Shown in pieces: positions 10,494 through 21,400 of a DNA stretch of 64,000 nt (the first letter of the stretch is position 1; the number at the start of each line of letters is the position of its first letter). The DNA lies in contig NIVC01000939.1 of the NCBI GenBank assembly GCA_002269645.1, forward strand, positions 1 through 64,000. The letters are read 5' to 3'. The position numbers and the translations under genes are program-made. Source of the DNA: Macrostomum lignano (Eukaryota). The notes beneath the pieces are model-generated. The model did no database searches, had not been told where the DNA came from, and saw only the letters and a program-made list of their open reading frames with translations.

Positions 10494-11072
10494 GGTTTAA
10501 AATTTAATCAAGGGGTTTTTTGTGAAAATTTGAAATTTCGAAGTCCGTTTAAATCTCAACAAAATATATTTTAATGGCTCAGTAGAATTTTTCAGTCCTT
10601 ATATTCAAATCACCAGGCAATATCGCCTATATGTACACATACAGATATGTTTACACGTTACATATGTGTATGCACTAATTATTTTCTTACCGTTATTGAG
10701 CAATAATAATAATAAAACTGATAACATTCCCCCCGTCCCGTGCATCAGTTAGTTTTAAAGACCTCCACCCCAGACCTGCACCCCACTTCCCCGCGGCCAA
10801 ATCAGCAGTATCAAGAAAAACAATAACAAGGCAATAAACGGCGCTTTGCGAGCTCACTTTCACAACAAATTCAGTCCAGTTTGCGAGACTCGTACTAAAG
10901 TGCGGAGGAACTCATGAACATAGGCCTATGTATTCCCACTGCCAACAAAGTTTAAATATTGTGGAGATCGGAAGCCAGGTTCGCCCAATTTTCAATTAAC
11001 TATGGTTAATGTACGCTAGAGGAGTTTTTTACTATTTTAGAGTCAGTTTTGGGCTTCCCAGGAACTTATGCT

Positions 11073-11608
11073 GCTTTCCCCTGCGGCAGAGTCCACCAAT
11101 CCATTTACATAGAGCTCTATTCGGCTTTTTTCATTGAAGATCGAGTAGTAGGAAAATGAAAAGCGTCAAATTTTTCTATTCTATTTTTGTCTAATTAGAT
11201 TAATTACTTCTCAAAGGATAAAAACATTTTCATTTAAAATCTAGAAACTAGTATTCTTTTGAAATGTTTGAAATGTTATTTCAAATTCGTCCTTTCGTTT
11301 CTATAGAAATACGATAAAAGATCGAGAAAATTTCTCGAACCGAATTCCAGAATCGGATCGCGGTTTTGGAACCGACTATGAAAACGGAACAGACAATATG
11401 AAAAGCTTCGAACCGATTCTGGTCCTGGAATCGGTCATATGAAAAGCCCGTATATTTCGCTCTCCGACCCCCCCCCCCATGGAAATTCCGTGGCTTTCCC
11501 TGCGGCAGAGTCCACCAATGCATTTACATAGGCGCTATGTTTACACACATAGGCCCGTGGTTTTCCCACGGAAATTCCTGCGGCAGAGTCCACATTTCCC
11601 CTACTACT
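11073..11608. repeat. Putative right terminal inverted repeat region with internal direct repeats
   Basis: GCTTTCCC(C)TGCGGCAGAGTCCACCAAT.CATTTACATAG at 11073-11112 and 11493-11531, partial copy at 11575-11597; terminal CTACTACT at 11601-11608. The partner TIR is not in the window. Confidence 0.6.
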
Positions 11609-11631
11609 CTTGTGCTATATTTGCATTTCAG

Positions 11632-12581
11632 AGGCTCTTTTGAACGAGTTGTCTTTAAAATCTTCGAAACGGTGTCCGGCCAGGACTCCTGCGGTGACGC
11701 TTCGCAGGGGAAAAATCTGGCATTCTTCGCGTTGCTTGACACGACCTGGAGCTGCATCTCGAGCACGCCAGTGCTGCACGCCACCTTCACCCATCCGAAA
11801 TCTTTATACAGCTTTAATGGAAGCACCGGCGTGTCTAGCATGGCTCTGTGGACAAAGACTTACCTGAACACTGACAACATGCCGACGACCACAGACGAGA
11901 GCTGCATCGAAGCCAACATACTAAAACTGAACACAACGATTGTTACTGCTAACAACTATTCAAAGATGTCGGCGAGCCCGTGTCCCGACAGCACTGACCA
12001 GGCCGAGCCCTCCTGGCTGTCCGGCGCCGGCAGCTGCGATCCCGGCTGGATGCAGATGGGCGAATTCTGCTTCCAGATGACCGCAATGGCGACCACCTAC
12101 GATGAAGCCCGGCTGTTCTGCAACCACTTCAATGCGACCCTGGCGGCGCCTCAGAACTACTCGCAAGTCAGGAGTTTCTACACAGCCTGGACAAGATTTT
12201 ACAGTTTCAACAGAGACCAGCAGCAGACTTCGAGCTATAACGGCCCAGGCTTTTGGGTTGGCGTGGCTGACAGAACTTCGACAAATCAGCTGGACACCGC
12301 GAGCGGATCCGCTGTCAACTACAGCTCGCTAATCTGCGGAATTCCGGTGGAGAAGCTCGGCATTCGCAAATTTGACAGCTCAGTTAACTGCCTCGAGGTT
12401 TTTACAAATACTTACAATGGAGACAAAGAAGCTGATTTTTTGAAAACTTCAAACTGCTATGATTACTCTCGGTACTTTTCGACTGTACCTTCAATGTTAT
12501 ATATAGATCAATATGCCTATCGATTGCAAGACTGCAAAAAGCAGCTAGCCGGAGTATTCTGCGAGAAGCCAATTAATAAAG
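11632..12581 (+). CDS. Paralog 1 large exon: end of discoidin-like region plus C-type-lectin-like domain
   Basis: [15 protein letters not shown]...[17 protein letters not shown]...FWVGV...NCLEV...C...FCEK; homologous to 51290-52245. Confidence 0.85.
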
Positions 12582-15500
12582 GTAATTACGGACAGCGGTT
12601 TCAGAAGAGATGTTTATTCGCCTATGCCTCTTATAAATTGCAGTTCTGCACGGCTGCTACAAGCTGCACTGGTCGCTCATTCCTGACATGCAACAGCCGG
12701 AACTCGACCCCCAGCTGCACCTGCGTCAGTGCTTGGCTACCTGTAGCTGGAAAACCGCGCAGCTGGCGGCCTTGAGTCCCTACCGGTGCTACTGCATCGA
12801 TTTCTCTGAGCTGATGAACCCCGCCATCGCCGTGCAGCTTCCCAGCGAGACTTGTTCGCGCACATGCAGCGGCAATCGGTACCAGACCTGCGGCGGCAGC
12901 TCGACTTTAGTTGACACGGACATTGTGTCCGTCTATCGAGTGGGTGAGCTGATCTCCGAGTCATTGCGGATCCTGCTCGTCCTGCAATTTTAGCATTTTA
13001 TTGTAATTTTCTTTTACCCTCTACGGCAAGTTATTGATAGCATGGGCCTGTGAGGCCGTCTCCCGAGACACTAAAACTTCAGCTCAAATTTTTCGAGTTG
13101 AAGGCGAGGGTTTTTTCCTTCGATGTATTTCAAATGTATGTTACACTGTTACAGGGTGATCGACCTTAGATGTATTTCAAATGTATGTTACACCGTTACA
13201 GGGTGTTCGACCTTAGATGTATTTCAAATGTATGTTACACCGTTACAGGGTGTTCGACCTTAGATGTATTTCAAATGTATGTTACACCGTTACAGGGTGT
13301 TCGACCTTAGATGTATTTCAAATGTATGTTACACTGTTACAGGGTGTTCGATCTTAGATGTATTTCAAATGTATGTTACACTGTTACAGGGTGATCGACC
13401 TTAGATGTATTTCAAATGTATGTTACACCGTTACAGGGTGTTCGACCTTAGATGTATTTCAAATGTATGTTACACTGTTACAGGGTGTTCGATCTTAGAT
13501 GTATTTCAAATGTATGTTACACTGTTACAGGGTGTTCGACCTTAGATGTATTTCAAATGTATGTTACACTGTTACAGGGTGTTCGATCTTAGATGTATTT
13601 CAAATGTATGTTACACTGTTACAGGGTGTTCGACCTTAGATGTATTTCAAATGTATGTTACACTGTTACAGGGTGTTCGACCTTAGATGTATTTCAAATG
13701 TATGTTACACCGTTACAGGGTGTTCGACCTTAGATGTATTTCAAATGTATGTTACACTGTTACAGGGTGTTCGACCTTAGATGTATTTCAAATGCTACAC
13801 ATTTATGAAATTCTGCCCTGCACAAATATGATTTTCAAGTTCCCCTTTCCTGCTAATGAGCTCACCAATTCTATTAATTCACCCGCTGGCTCTTCCAGAC
13901 CCGGCTTATCAAGACATTTCCGCCAGCTCATGCATGGAGATTTTCCTCAAGGGTTTCTACCTGTCCGGATACTATCTGATCAACGGCCAACATCAGTATT
14001 GCTACCTGGCGGGTGAGTGAGAAGGGACTATTAGATTTTGCGATTGTAATACCGTAATACCTGCTTTGATAACTTCGGTATTTCCGATTAAAAGTTCAGA
14101 CTCGGGATTTCATAAACAATTGATGAATCCCCTATATAACTTTTCTTCGATCAAGGAGCTGTCGCTTCCTGCTGTGCAGGGCAGCCAGAATTAATAAACT
14201 GCTCGCCTTCTTTAGGAGCTGTCAAAAGCTTTCTTGGCGCTTGTTCCTTGCTTTTTGCCCCTTGTGAAATCCGCGGTTTCCTTCTTGCTTCTTGTATTTT
14301 TGTATTCCGGTGTCTGGCATTTGCAGTGCGGACCACCGAGTGCGCATTTGCAACATTTGCCTCGCTAGCGGCGTCACCCACACTGCGGATGCACTGGGCT
14401 CTCCTCTTCTAAGCTGGACTGGCCATTTTCGAGACTGCCTTAGAATTTTACACAGATACCTCTAATCTGCTGAGAGTTAGTGGTCATTCCGAGCTAAGGG
14501 TTAGCACCAGACAGCTAACCCTTGGAGATGTCTGATCTCTGTGGAAGATTGTAGTTGGTTCACATGTGTTGGAACCCTTGGCTTGGATGTCTTTTATGTC
14601 AGATTTTTGCGTTTGACATGGCATGGCATGATTTAGACTAGGGTTTTCTAGTCTACTGCAGGCGTACCTGATTGAGTTTTGGTTACTGTCTTGGGGGATT
14701 GGCTGGTTGCGGGTGACGGATGATGAGTCATGCTGCTTTCTAAAACCGTTGGTCAGTTGACTTTCTGGTTAATGCATTGCAACTAACATGGGAATTCTAT
14801 TTTTAGATTCTTTTATTTTAAAGCGCATGCTCACCGTTCAAAAATAAGTAGAATACTCCACACTCTACACAATAGGCTGTTGCCTTCGCGCTTTTTTGCT
14901 CATTTAGTCGTAAATCTGTCAAAAGAAACTTAAATTTACGCTCATAATTTTGCACCGAAGTTCTTGATGGCTTCTCTTGTTTAATTAGCCTGAGAAAAGC
15001 GGCTCAGTTGAGAAGTTTATGAGGCACTTTAAGCCATTTTTTGAGACACCGGAGTCGTTAATAAATTTAAAAATACTTCAAGATAAATGCAAAAAGTCTG
15101 CTTAAGATGGTTTAGCGTCTAAATTTTGTGCGACAAGCGTCTCTACTCGTGATGTCTGTATCTGGCGGTTTACCTGCTCAAAAGCGGCTTAAGTGTAACA
15201 TTTATCGCAAAAAACTTAAAGTGTCACTGGCGTAATGTTGCTATACTCGTATCGTTGCGATGTAGTAACTCCATTGGTTTGAAATGCTTGGACACTAAAA
15301 GTACAGTATGAGGTAGAAGCTCTTTCAACAACGAACTCAAGTTGACGGATGTCCATAGGGCTTTATGAAGGCTCTATGATGAGTAGCTTGAAAGAAAGCT
15401 CAGGCCATATTTTACCTTGGATCCTTATAAGATCCTTATATTTGAGTACCAATACATTGTATTGAGAATCAACGAAATTCTACTGAGTCTGCCGAGAACT

Positions 15501-18081
15501 GCATTAGATTTGTATAGGCAGTGAAACTTGAACTATGTAGTAATTATGTCTTCATTGACTCTTCTGCTTCTGCATCGATGTAATGTTTCAGATAACTCAA
15601 CACGGCTCTGCAACGAGAGCAACAGCTTTGCATACAAGGGCTCGTGCTTCACGTTTTTCCCGGGTGTGGCCACTTTCGAGTCAGCGCAGAGCAGCTGCGC
15701 TCTCAGAGGCGGAAACCTGGCGAGCTTTTCAACTCAGGGGCATCAAAAGTTTTTCCTCACGGTGTTGTCCAGTGAGATTTTTATAGCCGACAGCTTAATG
15801 AGCTGAGCAACGATGCACCAGGTACAGACTAAGCTTCTTTGTTATTTCAGGCATTTACTCGATGACAAACTCGTCCTATTGGTGGCTCGGCTTCACCGAT
15901 CCCAAGAGACAAAATACTCCCATGTGGCTCAACGGGCACGTCTACTCTCTCAGCGAGTTTTCTCCTCAAAGCAACAGGTTCCTGATGTTTCGAAACACAA
16001 CCTTCGAAGTTGTCGATCAACCTGTCTCGATACAATTGGTGGAAAATGATTTTACAACGTCAGAATGGAACTTTACTGTTTATAAAAATGGTTTCTATTA
16101 TGAACTGAAAGAGGAGACGGAGTGGGTTCAACCCGTCGCCAGCTACGTCTGCGAGACCGCCGAGAAGGACCCCGGCTGCCTGAAGATCACCCGCGCTGCA
16201 AACTTCACGCAGCGGTCCAGCTTCATGAGCCTCTCCATGTGCCGCTACCTCTGCTTCTCCGCTGGCTTTGCCTACTCAGCCGTGATGCAGCAGAACTGCT
16301 CCTGCCTCAGCAGCCTCTCGGCGGCTGAGTACGGCATTGAGGACACCAAGCCGCTGGACTACTGCAATGCGCGGTGTCCGGGAAATCCCGACCAGTTCTG
16401 CGGCCGGTCAGATGAGCAGTACTACTCTGTCCACAGCACAGGTGAGTGCAGTTTCATCTCAACCGGTTTTGCTCCTTCGCGGCATGCCAGGCATGAGTGC
16501 GCAACCCATTGAATTGCAGAGGAGCTGCCCACCGCTGAAAACTGCTCAGAGCTGTACGCTAACGACATTCACCTGCATTTCCGATACAAACTGTACAATT
16601 CCAGCAGTGAGAGCACTTACTTCATGGACTGCGGATTTACCGGTGAGTTGAAATGCAATTCAGTTCGAATGCAGTTCAGTTAGAATGCAGTTCAGTTAGA
16701 ATGCAGTTCAGTTCGAATGCAGTTCACTTAGAATGCAGTTCAGTTCGAATGCAGTTCAGTTAGAATGCAGTTCAGTTAGAATGCAGTTCACTTAGAATGC
16801 AGTTCAGTTAGAATGCAGTTCACTTAGAATGCAGTTCAGTTAGAATGCAGTTCAGTTCGAATGCAGTTCAGTTAGAATGCAGTTCAGTTAGAATGCAATT
16901 CAGTTAGAATGCAGTTCACTTAGAATGCAGTTCAGTTAGAATGCAGTTCACTTAGAATGCAGTTCAGTTAGAATGCAGTTCACTTAGAATGCAGTTCAGT
17001 TAGAATGCAGTTCACTTAGAATGCAGTTCAGTTAGAATGCAGTTCACTTAGAATGCAGTTCAGTTAGAATGCAGTTCAGTTAGAATGCAGTTCAGTTAGA
17101 ATGCAGTTCAGTTAGAATGCAATTTGAGCATAACAAAGCAACAAACAAAATATTTCAGATCAGAGTGCTTGCGCCGATGGCTTTTACGCTTTCAAAGGCC
17201 TTTGCTACAGCACCTTCTTCAGCAACCTGAGGCTGGAGGAGGGCGCCAGGTTCGAATGCGCGGCCACGAACAGCTTTCTCGTGACGTTTCCCAGCAGGGA
17301 GCATTACGACTTCACAGTGAAGCTGACGACCCTGCTGCCGTATCACAGTGCAAAGAGCCCCAGGTGGCTGCTGGGCTATGAGAAGCTGGACGATGACCTG
17401 TCACAGTCACCAGTGCTCAGCGCAATGGGCGATTTCGTCTACTTTGCCGGCATGCCGGGATTCATAGGGCAGAGCGGCTATGAGAAAGGCAGGTTCGCTC
17501 GCTTCTACATGGTCAACGGCTCTGTCGCTGCCACAAATTCAAGCAGTTTGGAGTTCGCTTCTATTTGCGTTCAGAGCTCAGGTAGCTGTCGCAATTTCAT
17601 CCGCAGTAGAAAGATTTGATCTGCTCAAATCGTTTAGAAGCTGCTGTAAATTGCTTTTAAAGTTTGAGCATCAAGACACTGAGCGTTAGTACTCTCGCAT
17701 TTCACTTCGCCCTCAGTGTTCGCAGCGTGCGGCCCGAGCTCCTCAGCCAGCGTGTCCGTGGGACTGCAGGGCCCGCCCAGCTACCAGATCCCGCAGCAGT
17801 GCCTGCAGCTCTGCCGCTCAGCTGGCTTTGAGTTCGCCGGCCTGCAGCCCGGGAGGTGCAGCTGCGGCTCAGCCCTGCCCAATGGGTCGGCCATCGGCGA
17901 AGTCGGCACCTGCCACCAGAGCCGGTGCCCAGGGATAAAGTTCTCCTACTGCGGATCCGACACCAGAGTGGCCTGGTACCACACTGGTGAGCCATGTACT
18001 TGAGCTTAGTTTTACTCACTCACTACTAACTTACTTGCTTGCTTGCTTTTTTGCTTGCTTACTTACTTACTTTCTTACTTG

Positions 18082-18124
<43 letters not shown>

Positions 18125-18129
18125 GCTTG

Positions 18130-18176
<47 letters not shown>

Positions 18177-18177
18177 G

Positions 18178-18256
<79 letters not shown>

Positions 18257-18320
18257 GCTTGCTTACTTACTTACTTACTTACTACTTACTTACTTACTTA
18301 CTTACTTACTTGCTTACTTG

Positions 18321-18391
<71 letters not shown>

Positions 18392-18392
18392 G

Positions 18393-18456
<64 letters not shown>

Positions 18457-21400
18457 TTCACTTACTTAATTTCAGACTACAAGCGGTTCCGAATTGCGTC
18501 ATCTTGTCAGGATTTGCACAGTATGTTTATCAACGAAGCCGCAACTTACAAGCTGCAGATGAGGGATTCAATGGAGTCGTACGATGCGATTTGCTTCTCA
18601 GAGAGGTGAGCCTGAAACGAGTAGTGATATCGTATGTGCCACCAAGTTCTTGTGTCGTACACGAAAATACTGTCGTGTTGTCCTTTTGCAGCTCAAACGT
18701 CACTGTAACCAAGACCCGAAATGACAAAGTCGAGGTGACTTTTGATGAGCCCGTCATTATTCCGGGCGTCACCATAACTGGTAAGGCCGTCTGTTCCAAT
18801 CCTTATTTCTAATCAGCAAGACAATGAGAACTATCTGAGAACTAACTAACCAAAAGAGAATTATTTAGTACCGGCCCTCACTAGCAAATCTCCCAGACTC
18901 CATCATCTTGAGGCTGGTCTGGGGGACCCAGCGTACAGGGTGTTAGAGCCAAATTTAGACTTTTATTAATAAAAAAGAGGGAAAGCTTGCACTGGACGCA
19001 TTCGAGTGGTAGCCAAAAGCTGTTTTATAGGCAAGTCTATAAGATTTTAAGGTACAGCTGTCATTCAACATACCCGTACCGCTTCTAGCTGCAATAATGG
19101 CCTCAAGACGTGGCCAGAATTGCTGACATGCCTTGGTAACCTGATCCGATGATAAATCAAAATCTACCATCTTCTTAGCGATAGAGGCTTTTAGGCACGA
19201 AACATTTGAGTGCCTGGTGGCTTCGTTGGTCTGTAGCTCAAGTACGCCCCAAATGTAGTAGTTGAGAGGGTTTGCATCTGGACTGGACAGGAGCTAAATC
19301 TCCTTTAGCCAGAGCATATCAAGGTTCACCTCCATCTAGTCCTGGACAATCCTGGCTACGTGCACTGGTGCGCTGCCTTGTTGAAAGACACATGGTCTTC
19401 CTGTTGCCACCTGGTCAATCCATGGCTTCACCACATCTCGAAGGACCTTTAAATACACCTCCTTGTTCACATTTCGCGTGAACCTTCTCTTGACGTCTTT
19501 TAACAAATGCAGGAGTCTATAAGAAGTTTGGCACCTGCTTCCGGTGCTTCCTGTAAGCACTCCGCTCCTCCCTTTTCTCCTCAAACTGTGTGGCAACGTG
19601 GTAAAATATTGCCCTGGGCAGCCATGTCACTTAAATGATCTCTGCAAGGCTGTTCCCGGCGTGGAGCAGGAACAGGATGAATATGCATTGATCTCGCTCA
19701 TTGAACACTGGTTGGCTGCATAATGCCATTTCACTGTATGTGAATGCAACGAATGTTGGTAAAGTTTTGTGTAAAGCAGCAGCTTCATTGGGCTAAAATT
19801 ATGTAAATAGTGATTAGGTTTTGGTTTGTCTCAATTTGGCTCTGACACCCTGTACAGTAGGGTTGGCATTACACGCAGCTGGTTTTGAACTGGAATTTGC
19901 GAGACACGGGAGACAAAGAGTACAGAAATCTGCAAAGCTGAGTCACTTTTACTGCAGCTCCTCGTGGTGCTGCTGAACCGAAAAGTACGTCCTAGAAAAT
20001 CCAGAATTCAAGCGCACACTTTATATTGACTTAGCTTGACTTAGCTGCAGGGGGCTCCGTGCGTCCGGAAACAGCGGGGAGGCGTCGATACCCATTCCGC
20101 TAACCCCTGGCGACCACTGGCAGCTGGTGCTGCGCTCAAGGTGGTGGTGTCGCGCAGGGAGTTCCTGAGGTGCCGGTGTCCGCAGCGCCGTCCCTCTCCG
20201 GAGAGTCCAGGAGGTGGATTGTCGCTTGCCCGGTAGCCCTTAGGTAGCGGACGAGCTGGCAGAGATTCTCGGGCCTGAAAACGTCGGAGAGGTCCGGGTT
20301 TGGGCCGAGGTAGGTGAGCCTGTCCTGAGTAAAGGCGGGGCATTCACAGATGAAGTGCTCCGCATTCTCGACACCGGAGAGGCAGAAAGGGCATTCCTCA
20401 CTGCGGATTTTTCCTCCTCACTGCGATGCCACCTCCAGGGAAAAAGGTGGCGAGCATGGTGGCGAGCCATGACCCGAGAGGGCAATGCTCACCGCCCTGA
20501 TGTCCCTGCGGTTGAGTCCAAGCAGGGGCCACGGGCAGGGGACCAGTGAAAGAACCGGTCAAGCCAGCCTTGGCCAGGCGATCAGCCAGCTCGTTGCCGG
20601 GGTGGCCCGAGTGCCCGGGGATCCACCTTAGGGACACCTTGTTAGAGGCGCCTAAGCTGCCCGATGCAGTCGAGGACTGTATGCGAGCAGGTGGTGGTGT
20701 GCTCAAGGGCGTGGATCGCCGCTTGACTGTCCGAGTGGAGGGTAATCTCCTTCCCCCAGATGCGCTGATTGTACAGCTACATGGCACAGGAGCTGATGGC
20801 GAGAACTTCGTTCTGGAAATCGATGGAGCAGGTGCCGGTGTGTTGGGAGAAGGTCGCCACAGTTCTCCCTCCATACACGACGCAGTAGCCGTAGCCAGAA
20901 GCGGAGTTGATTTGGGACCCGTCAGTGAAGCAGTGGATTTCATGGGGTTTCCAGTTGTCTCTCGCTTAATAATAATAATAATTACAATAACAATAATAAT
21001 ACTAATTATAGTAATAATATAATAGCTACGAGTGTAATTTCATTGCGATTTTCAGCAAACGATGACTTCAAATCATTTTATCACATTTATTACAACGCGG
21101 AGCGCCAAAAAAAAATTTGGATGCGCCAATACAATATCAAGGTAAGATACCAGCCGCTCTCCCGGTGCGGAAAGCGCACTCTCAGTCTATTCACAATAAC
21201 AAATTCGTCAAATACGCCCGTAGAACAGGTAAATGCAGCCTTTTTCAATGACGGAATTTCACTTCATTTCAGCCCTTCCCGAGACTCGGCACATTCTTCA
21301 CGCCCAGGAATGTGATGTACCAGGCGCCTGTGGTGACGAAGCGCCTGGAAATTGATGTTAGCAAAATTAATATGACATCCAGCTTTAAACTTCTGCCGAT

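Larger units (their letters stand above)
1..11608. mobile_element. Polinton/Maverick (adintovirus-like) endogenous viral element, right portion; left end and any integrase lie upstream of the window
   Basis: Co-occurrence of MCP C-terminus, adenain-like protease, FtsK/HerA-type packaging ATPase and protein-primed PolB. The plus strand ends ...CCCCTACTACT at 11608 (minus strand AGTAGTAGGGG...), matching the Polinton 5'-AG..CT-3' simple-repeat terminus. Confidence 0.9.

Noticed and set aside
1-11608. Integrase or minor capsid gene of the Polinton
   Set aside because: No DDE/RVE or penton-like motifs in the window; they would be expected upstream, so autonomy cannot be judged here.
11537-12775. 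412-aa ORF as a stand-alone gene
   Set aside because: Homology to paralog 2 begins at the acceptor (11632) and ends at the donor (12581); the flanks are element terminus and intron read-through.
13127-13795. 47-bp array (also the 46-, 33- and 29-bp arrays) as CRISPR
   Set aside because: Head-to-tail repeats with no unique spacers, no cas genes, eukaryotic intron context.
17987-18812. Long LTYL ORFs; likewise ORFs over 22827-23363, 23756-24681, 36144-37816, 40811-41455, 48060-48677 and 60215-61233
   Set aside because: All are stop-free readings of tandem repeats lying in introns or between the genes.
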